Source: an uncultured Dehalococcoidia bacterium (GTDB lineage: Bacteria > Chloroflexota > Dehalococcoidia > Lucifugimonadales > UBA2985). From it: DNA of 64,000 nt. The DNA is taken from the NCBI GenBank assembly GCA_964573055.1, contig CAZNIG010000003.1:82085-146084 (forward strand), written 5' to 3'. Every line of letters starts with the position of its first letter. Position 1 is the first letter of the stretch. Made by a program: the position numbers and the translations under genes. The notes under the pieces were generated by a model. The model worked only from the letters and a program-made list of their open reading frames with translations, was not told where the DNA came from and made no database searches. This document shows positions 51,007 to 60,162 of the stretch, piece by piece.

Positions 51007-52233
51007 ATGGACTTTACTATCGCCTACACGGCAGAGCAAGAGGCGTTTCGGAAAGAGGTACGAGCGTGGCTCGACGAAAATGTCTCGGACGACATGAGAA
51101 TCCCTGCAGACCCAGAGGAGCGCAACCAAGATATGCGGTCGTTCTGGAGAACCAAGCACCAGGAGCTTGGGGCTAAGGGCTGGCTTTTCCCCACTTATCC
51201 CAAAGAATACGGTGGAGGAGGCCTTTCTGGCGACCATGAGACAATCTTGGATGAAGAGTTCTCCCGGGCCGGTGCACCAAGACAGTATAGTAACGTCTAC
51301 GCTTTCGGTAGCCTGTTGGTCTGGGGTACTGAAGAGCAGAAGCAGAAATTCCTTGCCCCCATGCTAAGGGGAGAGAAACTAAACTGGCAGAGGCTCACTG
51401 AACCACATAGCGGGGCTGACCTTGCAGACGTTCAGGGTAAGGCAGTCAGAGATGGAGACGACTGGCTGCTTACCGGAGAAAACGTATTCATAAGCTGCTA
51501 CGGAGATGAGGACTGGTACCCAGGTGTCATGGTTACGGACCCTGATGCCCCTAGACATAGGAACCTTGGTTTCTTCATGGTTCCCAACCATGTTCCCGGT
51601 ATAGAAGTCAAACCAATGGACCTCCTACCTGGCCACGGACAGAAGAACATCATTATGGAGAACGTTCGTGTTCCAGCGGATCACATGATCGGCGGAGACC
51701 ACCAGGGATGGCAGGTAATGCAGACCCTCCTCGAGGCAGAACATGGTGGTCGTGGCAGGGCCTTCCCGAGGGACGAAGTGACTGACAACTTGGTAGCCTA
51801 TGTTAAGGAAGCCAAACAGCCCAACAGATCACATGTTGGTAGCGATCCTCTAGTCCAACAAGCCACAATGGATAGCGTCCTAGAATCCCACGTTCAGGGA
51901 CTCATGCTAAGGCACACTTACTGGATGTACCAGAACCACGAGGAGATGCGCGGCGAAAGCAACTTGGCCAATGTACACGGCAGGGAATCTGGACTGCGAA
52001 CTGCCAAAAGAGTACGTGAGGTCATGGGTATGTACGCATTCCTCGGCACACGAGACCCAGGAGCTCCTTTTGAAGGCAGAAATGAAGTAGCGCAACGGTC
52101 CGCTGCTGGACAGAGACATGCCGGCGGAAGCACCAACATAGCAAAGGTGATCTTGGCCCGACGTATAGGCATCAGCCGCACTCAGGAGAGAGCCGCACCC
52201 ACGCCTTCTACTGCTACCACGTCTGGTAGTTAA
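51007..52233 (+). CDS. Acyl-CoA dehydrogenase family protein (paralog A)
   Basis: PKEYGGGG, WGTEEQKQKFL, LTEPHSGAD, AVRDGDDW and GWQV motifs; AAGGAGG RBS before ATG 51007. Confidence 0.92.
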   Translation: MDFTIAYTAEQEAFRKEVRAWLDENVSDDMRIPADPEERNQDMRSFWRTKHQELGAKGWLFPTYPKEYGGGGLSGDHETILDEEFSRAGAPRQYSNVYAFGSLLVWGTEEQKQKFLAPMLRGEKLNWQRLTEPHSGADLADVQGKAVRDGDDWLLTGENVFISCYGDEDWYPGVMVTDPDAPRHRNLGFFMVPNHVPGIEVKPMDLLPGHGQKNIIMENVRVPADHMIGGDHQGWQVMQTLLEAEHGGRGRAFPRDEVTDNLVAYVKEAKQPNRSHVGSDPLVQQATMDSVLESHVQGLMLRHTYWMYQNHEEMRGESNLANVHGRESGLRTAKRVREVMGMYAFLGTRDPGAPFEGRNEVAQRSAAGQRHAGGSTNIAKVILARRIGISRTQERAAPTPSTATTSGS

Positions 52234-52254
52234 GGCCTAACTCAGGAACCTGAT

Positions 52255-52289
52255 TCTGGGAGGTAGCACAGTTGATGCTACCTCCCAGA
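52255..52289 (+). terminator. Perfect 14-bp stem-loop after ACAD A
   Basis: TCTGGGAGGTAGCA-N7-TGCTACCTCCCAGA; no U-tract. Confidence 0.65.
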
Positions 52290-52382
52290 TCCCTCTCAAC
52301 CGTACCGATTCTCAATACGCCATAGTTCTTGGCGTCACCTTATGCTCCCAGAGGCATCCTTACAAATTCCGCTCACCCAGTC

Positions 52383-53633
52383 TTAGAGTTTCCTAAGGCG
52401 AGGAAAAAACGACACGCTGATAATCCCGAGTATTAACAACCCAGCCCCATGGGTAACTAAAGCGAATGTCACAGTTAGTAATGATGCCAAAGCTCCTATC
52501 TGGACATGACCTACAGGCCCCATCCCCACAGCCACAACCCAAGAGCCCATAGCGCGCCCTCTCAAATCGTTGGCAACTGCAGTTTGCACCAAGCTCTGTG
52601 AAAGTATATCCGAAAGAGTACCCATTCCATTAATCAATATGATAGCCGCTACTGCCATATGGAAACTCGACGCTAACCCCAAGAAAATCAAAGAAACTCC
52701 AAAGCCATGGAGAACTACCAGATACATTAGGCCTTTACGTCTCACGTCTCCCATCATCGATAGCAACGCGATACCAACAATTCCCCCAAAAGATCGCAGT
52801 CCGTTCATTAGACCAAGTCCTTCTGGTCCTACATTAAACACATCGTTCGCCAGCGTAGGTAATAATGCCTGATGAGAAAACCCCAGTACCTCGACAGCTC
52901 CTGCAAGAAGCAAAACCATAAGCAAGGTACTATTACCTCTTAGTTCCCGAACTAATCCTTTTATATTCTCCCAAAGCGTCTGCTGTGACGTCGGTGCCGA
53001 TTGACCTCGAGATTGAATCATTTGAACCGTAATAGCGGAACACAAGTATGACACGGCTAACAGAAAATAAGCGGCGTCTGCTCCAAATCGTCCTATTAGA
53101 AGACCCACGGATATAGAGCCTACAATGCCCCCGAATCTCATACTCAAAGAAACCAAGGCCAGACCACTCACCAGATGCTGTGATCCTACTACATCGAACA
53201 CAAAACTTTGTCTGGCCGGATTGTTAACTGCTCTTATAGACCCACCTATGAATGTAAGTACCATCAGGTGCCAGATAGATATCAGATCAAGAAAAATTAA
53301 GCCGCCTACCAACGCACCCAATACAGCCATTCCAATACTTGATACGGTCATTAGTAGTCGCCGATCAACCCTATCAGCGACTGCTCCTGCCGGGAGTCCC
53401 AGAAAGAAAAAAGGAGCCATCCTGAGTGCTAACACAGTGCCAACAATGAACGGGGATCCACTTAACTCCAGCGTGACCCAGCCCAAGACCACCTGTTCTC
53501 CCACGAATCCCACTGAGTTAAAGAGACTGGCTATCCATAAAAACCTAAATTCCCTGTATCCGAAAGCCGGAGTACTTACGGCTTTCAAGAAAATTTGTTT
53601 GGGAACAAGAATGAATCGACCTATAGATAACAC
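52383..53633 (-). CDS. MFS transporter (MFS_3/EntS-like)
   Basis: FRFLW, motif A GAVADRVDRR, PARQS and LRGRAMG; 12 TM helices. Confidence 0.9.
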   Translation of the reverse strand: MLSIGRFILVPKQIFLKAVSTPAFGYREFRFLWIASLFNSVGFVGEQVVLGWVTLELSGSPFIVGTVLALRMAPFFFLGLPAGAVADRVDRRLLMTVSSIGMAVLGALVGGLIFLDLISIWHLMVLTFIGGSIRAVNNPARQSFVFDVVGSQHLVSGLALVSLSMRFGGIVGSISVGLLIGRFGADAAYFLLAVSYLCSAITVQMIQSRGQSAPTSQQTLWENIKGLVRELRGNSTLLMVLLLAGAVEVLGFSHQALLPTLANDVFNVGPEGLGLMNGLRSFGGIVGIALLSMMGDVRRKGLMYLVVLHGFGVSLIFLGLASSFHMAVAAIILINGMGTLSDILSQSLVQTAVANDLRGRAMGSWVVAVGMGPVGHVQIGALASLLTVTFALVTHGAGLLILGIISVSFFPRLRKL

Positions 53634-53875
53634 TATAGGTCGCCCATAGTAGAGAAGATTCCTGGCGCGCGGCGCATTTCATCTGAGTTGTATCGCCCTA
53701 TAAAAGCGAGTATATAGCTCCTATAAGCAAAGTATGAGTGAAAAATGACAGTCAACCAACAATGGGGGGACTTCCAAACAATTTCATCAGCCCCATAGAC
53801 ATCAGGTGATCCGCCACCTTCTACGTTAGGCCTCACAATTAATGCCCCCTAACTGTTACCGGATTTCCAGTTCCT

Positions 53876-55183
53876 TTAATCTATCTTCCTAAGTGGCGGA
53901 TAAAACAAAGTCATCAGTAATGCTGTTGCTATCATTCCTACCCCAAACAGGATTTGGGCGACTTGAGGCCCAAGGGCTGCCGCCATGAAGCCTGCCAATG
54001 CTCCTCCCGCAGTTGTCATGGCCCTATCTAGGCTTAGCACTCCGAGCACGCGACCACGCATGTTTTCCTGAGCCTTCTCAACTAGCAGAGCATTGATTAA
54101 GGGAAAGAAACTTGATTGGCCTAGACCTAGAAATAGCATAACTATAAATGCTAGAGGAACGGATAGAAGATACGTAGATGCCGAGAATACTATCAATAAC
54201 ACCCCGAACGCCATTAGAAGTGCGAGCATCAGAATCCCGCGATTTTTCGAAGGGTTAGTCGCTGCCAATATAAGTGCTCCAAAGGTGCTGCCGACAGCCG
54301 ATACAGACACCATGTATCCAAAACCGCGGGTTCCGATATCCAAAATTTGGACAGCAAAAAGAGGAGCGAAGACCTGCATGAAAGCCATACCAAACATAAA
54401 CCAACCAAGAGAAATAATAAGAACTCCCCTTATATCGGGATTATTCCATGAGTAACGCAAACCTTCCATAAGATCACTACCCATGCTTCTTATGCCCTGA
54501 TACCCCGAACGTTCGTGGTCTGGTGGCCTAAGCATCCAAGTGAAATACACCGCTAGTACGTATACTAAGGCCATGGTCACATAGGCCCCCCCGAAACCCA
54601 CGAAGCTGATAAGAATCCCTGCACCGGCAGCTCCAGCTATACGAGTAGCTGTCATGCTACCAGTACTAAGAGCCATCGCATTAGTTACCAGATGAGACGG
54701 AACTATGCTAGGAATCATAGCCCTCCGAGCCGGCTGATCAAAAGCCATTGTTGCCCCTCTAAGAAGATTGTAGGCATATATGTGCCATAGCTCTACCCAG
54801 CCAAAAACCACTAGAGCCGCAAAAATTATGCTAAGAACAAGAACCACATACTTGGTAAGCAAAAGAACCAAGCGGCGGTTAAAGTTATCTGCTATTACAC
54901 CAGCTATCATTCCGAAAGTAACTGCAGGAACGGTCCGAGCCACTAGCACTAGGCCGAGGTGGATAGGAGATTCGGTCAGGCTGAGTATGAGAAGAGGTTT
55001 AGCGATTTGGTCAACCCATAATGCAAAAGCATGTGTAATTTGCCCAAGCCACATGTATACGAAATCCCTGTATTGCAACGAAGCAAAAGTCGATTTCAGT
55101 GAAAATTTCTGCCGCATTGATTCTGCCTGACTGACAGCCTGATTCGAGCCGATCGCAGGTGCTTGTTTATTTTCGTCTTGCAA
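53876..55183 (-). CDS. MFS transporter (MFS_3/EntS-like)
   Basis: GVIADNFNRR, PARRAMIP and MRGRVLG motifs; 12 TM helices. Confidence 0.9.
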   Translation of the reverse strand: MQDENKQAPAIGSNQAVSQAESMRQKFSLKSTFASLQYRDFVYMWLGQITHAFALWVDQIAKPLLILSLTESPIHLGLVLVARTVPAVTFGMIAGVIADNFNRRLVLLLTKYVVLVLSIIFAALVVFGWVELWHIYAYNLLRGATMAFDQPARRAMIPSIVPSHLVTNAMALSTGSMTATRIAGAAGAGILISFVGFGGAYVTMALVYVLAVYFTWMLRPPDHERSGYQGIRSMGSDLMEGLRYSWNNPDIRGVLIISLGWFMFGMAFMQVFAPLFAVQILDIGTRGFGYMVSVSAVGSTFGALILAATNPSKNRGILMLALLMAFGVLLIVFSASTYLLSVPLAFIVMLFLGLGQSSFFPLINALLVEKAQENMRGRVLGVLSLDRAMTTAGGALAGFMAAALGPQVAQILFGVGMIATALLMTLFYPPLRKID

Positions 55184-55208
55184 TATATCTACCTGCGTGT
55201 TCCCTTAA

Positions 55209-56597
55209 CTAATCAAGTGTCCGCAATCTGGGCGAGAATATCAGCACAAATATACAGAATATTACTAAAATAATAGCCAAGCCCCCGACTGACCACTGCA
55301 CACCTATCACATCAGTCAATACGCCCGTGAAAAATACCCCAAAACTTGTAAGGCCAAATTCCATGAAATAAAGCGCCATAACTCTACCCCGGAATTCCTC
55401 TTTGACATAGTATTGAAGGAGGGTATTCCCTAGCGTCATACGAGTAGTTTGCCCCAACCCCACGAAAACGATAAAGAAAAGCGCAAGAGGCCAAGAGAGG
55501 GAAGGGAACCACGAACTGGAAAAGAACAGGCCTATAAGCGCTATACCTAATACCAAGCTGCCCAACATGAGCATAAGGCCCCGACGTTTGTTTGGTAAAG
55601 ATGCTAGAACAAGGGAGCCTGCCATGGCGCCTATACCTGAAATACTGAGCAATACCCCAAACCCACGAGAGTCTACTAGCAGTACATCTTCGGTTAAAGC
55701 GGGAAGTAACATCATATACGGCATCGACAACAGCACCACAATAAAAGTAACCACTAATATCAATAGGAGAGTGGGTTCATTGCGAACGTAGACTAGGCCA
55801 TCCTTAACATCTTGTATCGCGCCTTTTCCTTGCAAGGTAATTGTGCCTGTTTTGGGCATTAACGCGACGAAAAAAGTGGCCATGGCATACATAGCAGTCA
55901 TAGCAAAATACACAGCCCCGTAATCCCACACGTAAATCATGAAGCCTACCGGCACCGGAGCCAAAAGGCGAAGGGCATTCATACCAAAAGTGTTTAGGGC
56001 AACAGCATTCATAAGATCTTCTTCGCCCACGATTTCTGCAATCATCGCCTGACGCGACGGCATCATCAAGCCCATGATCGTGCCTTGGAATAGAGCTGCG
56101 ATTACCAAAAGAATCCAGGATCCTGACCTTTCCTCGCTCATGAGTCCAGAAACCAAAGCAAAGGCCACTACCAAAGACACCACCCCATTTCCTGCCTGGC
56201 CCCACAAGAGTACGTACTTTTTCTGGACCCGATCGGCTATAACTCCGCCGAACAATGAGAAGAACAACATCGGTAAAGCATTGCCAAGCGCCATGACCCC
56301 TAATGCTGTCCCAGAGCCTGTCAACTGAAATACGAGAAGCGAACGAGCAATCATCTGCATGTTCATAGCAGCCATCTGCCCAATCATTGCTGCAAAGTAG
56401 AGCCTGAAGGTGCCACTCTTAAATGAGGTCAGTGTCCTAAGATTGCGTAATGAAAAACCAGATGAGCCTCCCCCAAAGCTCCCTGGACCCATACCGCCAT
56501 TTCCTCGAGCGCCACTATCCGCGACACTGGAGTCAGCAGGAGGGTCCCCTGCAGCTTTGTCTAATTCCTCATTTGAACTTTTAATTTGGCTTTCCAT
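55209..56597 (-). CDS. MFS transporter (MFS_3/EntS-like)
   Basis: GGVIADRVQK, PSRQAMI, NAVALN and FRGRVMA motifs; Gly/Ser-rich N-terminal tail. Confidence 0.9.
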   Translation of the reverse strand: MESQIKSSNEELDKAAGDPPADSSVADSGARGNGGMGPGSFGGGSSGFSLRNLRTLTSFKSGTFRLYFAAMIGQMAAMNMQMIARSLLVFQLTGSGTALGVMALGNALPMLFFSLFGGVIADRVQKKYVLLWGQAGNGVVSLVVAFALVSGLMSEERSGSWILLVIAALFQGTIMGLMMPSRQAMIAEIVGEEDLMNAVALNTFGMNALRLLAPVPVGFMIYVWDYGAVYFAMTAMYAMATFFVALMPKTGTITLQGKGAIQDVKDGLVYVRNEPTLLLILVVTFIVVLLSMPYMMLLPALTEDVLLVDSRGFGVLLSISGIGAMAGSLVLASLPNKRRGLMLMLGSLVLGIALIGLFFSSSWFPSLSWPLALFFIVFVGLGQTTRMTLGNTLLQYYVKEEFRGRVMALYFMEFGLTSFGVFFTGVLTDVIGVQWSVGGLAIILVIFCIFVLIFSPRLRTLD

Positions 56598-56706
56598 TAA
56601 TTATTCCTGCTTCAGCCCTGCATACGTGTTATTCGCCCAGCTTCAATAAACATACTCGTTGCTGCGTGTCAGATCCCGCGATTCACAGGCAGAGGATAAC
56701 TGAAAG

Positions 56707-57204
56707 CTATCTGGATACACTTTCCAGTGCCCGTGATTCATTCCTATCAGTTGGTATACGATTCGCATTCAATACTAGCTCCATGGCTTGACAAAATTTT
56801 TTGAGCTCTGAGACATTCAAATGGTTCAGCCGTTCTTCCCAGCGAAACCTTCTTTCAGCCAACAGCCGACCACCTAATTCTTTACCCGCTTCCGTCAGAC
56901 AGCACAGCACTGAACGCCTGTCATACTGATCAGTCCACCTAGTAACTAACTCACGTTCTACCAATTTATCAATTAACCCTGTAACCCTGGACATGGAAAC
57001 TTCTAGGCTGGCAGCCATGTCACTCATGCGAAGAGGCTCTTCCTGCAACAAGAGAAACACCACTCGAATTTGAGGCATGTTGAGATCTATAGTAAACCAT
57101 TCTCTTGATACACTATGGGGGCCCGATTGTATAACCCGCTCGATATCTTCAAGAGCCCTAGACAATAGTTGGCCTCTAGAAGCCAGGTAATCATCCGATG
57201 CCAT
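56707..57204 (-). CDS. MarR family transcriptional regulator
   Basis: wHTH with D.LVERELV.R...YDRRS...LTEAG; GGAGG RBS before ATG 57204. Confidence 0.93.
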   Translation of the reverse strand: MASDDYLASRGQLLSRALEDIERVIQSGPHSVSREWFTIDLNMPQIRVVFLLLQEEPLRMSDMAASLEVSMSRVTGLIDKLVERELVTRWTDQYDRRSVLCCLTEAGKELGGRLLAERRFRWEERLNHLNVSELKKFCQAMELVLNANRIPTDRNESRALESVSR

Positions 57205-57218
57205 AGCACAACCTCCGG

Positions 57219-57260
57219 AAATATTCACTCGAATTGATAGTTTACAAAGAGTGAATATTT
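57219..57260. promoter_or_regulatory. Inverted-repeat operator upstream of marR
   Basis: AAATATTCACTC-N18-GAGTGAATATTT perfect 12-bp inverted repeat. Confidence 0.65.
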
Positions 57261-57395
57261 TACCTTCATAGTTACAATTGTTCAAGCGCCGTTAGCTTCA
57301 AATTTAGGTTTTCCCAACAGTTTGCCGGACTGGCGGGACATACCATACAAAAAAAACAGCTGTCCTATTCTGCAAAAAACAACCAGGAGGTATTG

Positions 57396-57424
57396 TTGCA
57401 GAACCGCCAACGATGGTCTATCCT
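57396..57424 (+). promoter_or_regulatory. Sigma70-type promoter for the molybdenum hydroxylase gene
   Basis: TTGCAG-17 bp-TATCCT with upstream A-tracts. Confidence 0.45.
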
Positions 57425-57468
57425 GTACTAGTCGAAGTCCCATTAGTAGCCAGTTAGGGAGAAAAAAC

Positions 57469-59787
57469 ATGCTTGATTACAAACCCAATATAGTGCTATC
57501 CAACAAGGAATACAACGTCATTGGTACTAGACCAATCCGTCACGACGGATGGGACAAAGTCACAGGGCGAGCCAGATACGGTGCTGACGTACACCTACCC
57601 GGTATGCTTTTTGGTAAGATACTTAGAAGTCCCTTTGCCCATGCCATAATCAAGAAAATCGATACTAGCAAAGCATTACAGCTGGAGGGGGTCGAGGCCG
57701 TAATCACGGGTAACGATCTACCTGATATCTCTCCAAGGATAGCCGCCCAAGAAGAAGGTGGCACAACGAACTGGGGGTTCGTTACACGTAACGTTATGGC
57801 CAGAGAGAAAGCGCTGTACAGCGGTCACGCTGTAGCCGCGGTTGTAGCTACGAGCGCCCATATTGCTGATGAAGCTCTAGAGCTGATCAAAGTTGAGTAC
57901 GAACAACTACCGCACGTTCTAAATGCTCTTGACGCGATGAAAGATGACGCCCCAATTCTGCACGAAAGGCTTATCCCGAGAAATAGTCCGGGAATGGTTG
58001 GATGGGGAGAGACCCCAACCGAAAACGCTACTAACGTAGCAAATCATTTTGAACACAAACTCGGGGATATCGATGATGGATTTAAGCAAGCAGATATAAT
58101 AGTAGACAGAGAATTCCACACAAAGCGTGTTCACCAAGGTTATATTGAGCCTCACTCGGCTACGGTAATGTGGGGCACAGATGGGTATCTGACCGTCTGG
58201 ACTAGCACACAACAGCTCTTCGGTGTCCGTGATCACGTCGCGGCAATCTTGGACCTCCCCACTTCTAGGGTAAAAGTCATACCCATGGAAATCGGTGGAG
58301 GATTTGGCGGCAAGGGTCAAGGTGGGGTACTTCTTGAACCTGTGGCTGCCGTACTCTCTCAAAAGACAGGGAAACCGGTCAAGATTTCTATGACGAGAAC
58401 AGAGGTGTTCGTTGGAAGCGGACCCACATCCAGCGCAGACATGAGAGTTAAGATAGGGGTTACAAAGGATGGCAAAATTACTGCAGCAGAAGCTCACCTG
58501 ATCTATGAGGCGGGCGCCTTTCCTGGCTCATCAGTAGGTGGTGGAGCAAGGTGCATGTTCGCCCCTTATGACATCCCCAATGGCTATATAGAGGCATTTG
58601 ACGTACTTGCAAACACTCAAAAGGTAGCTGCATACAGAGCCCCTGGCGCGCCAATGGCTGCATTTGCAGTAGAACAAGTTCTGGATGAGATCGCCCAAAA
58701 GCTATCTATGGATCCCGTTGAATTACGCCTGGTAAATGCGGCCCGCGAAGGCGTACGGCAAATAACTGGCCCTGTATTCGGTAAAATTGGTGGGATAGAA
58801 ACACTAGAAGCGGTTAAGAACCACCCGCACTGGTCTGACCCTCTTGAAGGCCCAAACCGCGGTCGCGGAATGGCATTCGGATTCTGGGGCAATGGCTCCG
58901 GCCCAGCCAGCGCGATTGCCAGCGTTAACCCGGACGGAACAATAAGCTTGGTCCAGGGAGCCCCAGATATCGGCGGCAGCAGGACCGTACAAGCCATGCA
59001 TGTAGCAGAAGCTCTTGGCATAGCCGCTGAGGAAGTCCGCCCATCAGTGGGAGACACCGACTCCATAGGTTACACAACTGGGGCTGGAGGAAGTGGCGTA
59101 GCGCAAAAGAGCGGCACGGCCTGTTACATGGCCGCCCAAGATGTGAAGCAACAGATGATACAGCGCGCAGCTAAGATCTGGGAGGTCCCTGCAGACGAGG
59201 TAGAGTATGCCTCTGGGGTAGTACAGAGTAAATCAGACCCTGAACTTAAGATGTCGTTTAAGGACCTCGCAGCCAGATTAAACGCTACTGGAGGCCCGAT
59301 TCAGGGACGCGCCAATCTCAATCCTGGCGGAGCAGGCCCTACTTTCGCCGCTCACATAGTTGACGTGGAGGTTGACCCTGAAACCGGGAAGGTTCAGGTA
59401 CTAAGGGTTACAGCGATCCAGGACGCGGGGAAAGCCATACATCCCAGCTACGTCGAAGGACAGGTCCAAGGAGGAACAGTCCAAGGGATCGGATGGGCAC
59501 TTAACGAAGAGTATTTCTACGGTAACAATGGCCAGATGGTGAATGCTAGCTTCCTTGACTACCGTATGCCTACGTCCCTAGACCTACCAATGATTGACAC
59601 CGTACTTGTAGAAATCGCTAATCCCGGTCATCCCTTTGGACTCCGCGGGGTTGGTGAAGTAACTCTCGTACCAGTAATGGCGGCCGTAGCCAATGCAGTC
59701 CAACAAGCTACTGGCGTTAGAATGGATAGCCTCCCGATGTCGCCAGGGAACATACTTGAAGCAGTATGGGACGGAGCCTCTGGATAA
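57469..59787 (+). CDS. Xanthine dehydrogenase/CoxL family molybdopterin-binding large subunit
   Basis: KVTGRARY, HQGYIEPH, GGGFGGK, AYRAPG, EGQVQGG..QGIGWAL and GVGE motifs; start reassigned to ATG 57469. Confidence 0.93.
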   Translation: MLDYKPNIVLSNKEYNVIGTRPIRHDGWDKVTGRARYGADVHLPGMLFGKILRSPFAHAIIKKIDTSKALQLEGVEAVITGNDLPDISPRIAAQEEGGTTNWGFVTRNVMAREKALYSGHAVAAVVATSAHIADEALELIKVEYEQLPHVLNALDAMKDDAPILHERLIPRNSPGMVGWGETPTENATNVANHFEHKLGDIDDGFKQADIIVDREFHTKRVHQGYIEPHSATVMWGTDGYLTVWTSTQQLFGVRDHVAAILDLPTSRVKVIPMEIGGGFGGKGQGGVLLEPVAAVLSQKTGKPVKISMTRTEVFVGSGPTSSADMRVKIGVTKDGKITAAEAHLIYEAGAFPGSSVGGGARCMFAPYDIPNGYIEAFDVLANTQKVAAYRAPGAPMAAFAVEQVLDEIAQKLSMDPVELRLVNAAREGVRQITGPVFGKIGGIETLEAVKNHPHWSDPLEGPNRGRGMAFGFWGNGSGPASAIASVNPDGTISLVQGAPDIGGSRTVQAMHVAEALGIAAEEVRPSVGDTDSIGYTTGAGGSGVAQKSGTACYMAAQDVKQQMIQRAAKIWEVPADEVEYASGVVQSKSDPELKMSFKDLAARLNATGGPIQGRANLNPGGAGPTFAAHIVDVEVDPETGKVQVLRVTAIQDAGKAIHPSYVEGQVQGGTVQGIGWALNEEYFYGNNGQMVNASFLDYRMPTSLDLPMIDTVLVEIANPGHPFGLRGVGEVTLVPVMAAVANAVQQATGVRMDSLPMSPGNILEAVWDGASG

Positions 59788-59817
59788 CCCACCATAATAC
59801 GACGGAGCATAGAGGAC

Positions 59818-60081
59818 ATGGCTGAAGTCTGGATACCCCCAATGATGCAAAAACGCACCGGTGAGAAACAACAGGTGCAAATACCTGGCGCCACCGTCCG
59901 CCAAATCGTAAATAATCTGGAGAAGGAATTTCCAGGTATACGAGAACATCTCTGTGACGGAGACGAAATTTCGCCAGGTATTGCCGTAATCATAGATGGA
60001 GAAACCACTAATCTTGGCATGCTCGAGCATGTCAAGGAAGACAGCGAGATTCATTTCCTCCCGGCTATATCCGGCGGCTAG
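59818..60081 (+). CDS. MoaD/ThiS family ubiquitin-like sulfur carrier
   Basis: 87 aa beta-grasp pattern (GATVRQIVNNLE..FPG) ending PAISGG. Confidence 0.9.
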   Translation: MAEVWIPPMMQKRTGEKQQVQIPGATVRQIVNNLEKEFPGIREHLCDGDEISPGIAVIIDGETTNLGMLEHVKEDSEIHFLPAISGG

Positions 60082-60110
60082 TTCTGAGAACTACTGCTAA
60101 TAAAGACTAC

Positions 60111-60146
60111 ACGGAAAGGGGTGGCTTACAAGCCACCCCTTTCCGT
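60111..60146 (+). terminator. Perfect 17-bp inverted repeat after the moaD-like gene
   Basis: ACGGAAAGGGGTGGCTT-AC-AAGCCACCCCTTTCCGT. Confidence 0.7.
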
Positions 60147-60162
60147 TCGCGAGTGACATAAA

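Noticed and set aside
53767-53795. Hammerhead-like CUGAUGA...GAA on the minus strand between MFS genes
   Set aside because: No stem II, and no GAAA/stem III/cleavage triplet arrangement
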